Assembly: GCF_036971445.1 (NCBI RefSeq) | Contig: NC_091471.1 | Coordinates: 234,422,001-234,486,000 of the forward strand | DNA length: 64,000 bases | Origin: Narcine bancroftii | Lineage: Eukaryota | Reading direction: 5' to 3' | Shown: piece by piece, positions 62,731 through 64,000 of the stretch | How the letters are laid out: every line of letters starts with the position of its first letter | Numbering within the stretch: the stretch's first letter is position 1 | Notes under the pieces: generated by a model | Database searches by the model: none | What the model was told of the DNA's origin: nothing | The model's input: the letters and a program-made list of their open reading frames with translations, nothing else | Made by a program: the position numbers and the translations under genes

Positions 62731-63344
62731 TTGTACCATGTAACAATCACGGCATGGGAACGGGCCCTTCCAGCCCATACCGAGGCTCCTGCCCTCTCCT
62801 GGGCCCACTGACCTGCACTCAGCCTTCGATCCCTATAGCTATTTTTCCTTAAAAGATAATATTGTACCTGCCTCCACTGGAAGCTCGTTCCCCCACTCCC
62901 TAAGTCAAAAAACTCCCTCTAGCATTATACCTAAACATTTCCCCCCAACTCTCAGCTCATGTCCTCTAGTTTGTATCTCAATGGAAAAAAGTCTATCCCC
63001 ATCTACTCTATCTATTCCCCCTCAATATTTAAAAAACCTCCATTAAATTCCCCCCTCATTTTTCTACACTCCAAGGAATAAAGACCTAACTTGTTCTCAA
63101 TAATTTAGGTGGTGAAACCCAGGTATCATTCTGGTGAATCTTGTCTCTAGTGCTTCATGTTAATCTGCCTCCTGATCCTTTTCTTTGGAGCAAGCAGATC
63201 AGCTGATTTAAATCTACAATCCCAAGGAGTTGCTTTTGTTCTTCTCATTGCCAGACGTGCTGGAAGGACGCTGCCCCTCCCACGCAGACTCAGTGGTCAT
63301 CCAATATGATGCATGCCCAACTCTGGGGGAAAAATAATTGGATG

Positions 63345-64000
63345 CTCTATTCATGAGGAAGGGTACAGGAGGGAGGTGGATCAGCTCGTTGAATGGGGTC
63401 ATGACAACAACCTTCCTCTCAACATCAGCAAAACTGAGGAGCAGATGGTGGACGTCAGGAGGGAGTAGGGGGAACACGACCCAGTGTCTGTCGAGGGCTC
63501 AGTAGTGGAGAGGCTCAAAAATGTCAAATTCCTGAGGGTCATCATCTCCGAGGATCAGTCCTGGAGCCTCCATGTCGATACCATCACGGAGCAGGCTTGC
63601 CAGTGGCTAGACTTTATGAGGTGTCTGAGGAGGTTTGGTCTGTCACCGAAAACTCCTGTAAACCTCTACAGGTGAACTGCGGAGAGCATACGGCTGGTTC
63701 CATCACTGCCTGGTACAGAAGCGCCAACTCAGGACAAGAATAAATTCCAGAGGGTTGTTCACTCTGCCTGCGACATCACGGGTACCAGACCCCTCCATTG
63801 AGGACATCGACATGAGGTGGGGTCTTCAAAAAGCAGCCTCTATCCTCAAAGAACACCCCCCCCCACCCCCCAGGCCAGGCCCTCTTCATTCTGCTACCCT
63901 TGGGGAAAAAGGTCCAGGGGCCTGAAGATGAGCACAAGGACAGCTTCTTCCCCATTGCCACCAGATTCTGGAATGGACCATGAACCAAAGACAAGGCCTG
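63345..64000 (+). mobile_element. Rex1/Babar-type fragment
   Basis: Same family as 61070-62080 and 45600-46605. Confidence 0.88.

Overview
This is vertebrate genomic DNA, not prokaryotic. The repeat landscape (CR1, Rex1/Babar, L1, RTE, Penelope, V-SINE) points to a cartilaginous fish, plausibly a ray; that is an inference. Five spliced genes can be built by hand from splice sites and reading phase: an SBK-family Ser/Thr kinase (+, 16791-22315), RPP21 (-, 27493-30196) head-to-head with ERCC1 (+, ~30410-38840), a GC-rich C2H2 zinc-finger gene (+, 42392-44603, start codon unresolved) and a group I NDP kinase (NME1/2-like; -, 47753-54269) whose second coding exon lacks a normal donor in this assembly. 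The kinase and NME genes each have a candidate promoter in which the TATA box is also a MEF2 site. The rest is retroelements (including a four-level nest, CR1>L1>L1>RTE, with readable target-site duplications), minisatellites, purine/pyrimidine tracts, a telomere-like array and two assembly gaps. Most ORFs in the supplied track are low-complexity artefacts. No database searches were run: all family calls come from motif recognition, and TE fragment boundaries are approximate. I found no clearly new biological system; the best leads are the NME gene, the paired MEF2-TATA promoters, the RPP21-ERCC1 pair and a triplicated DR1/DR2 element.
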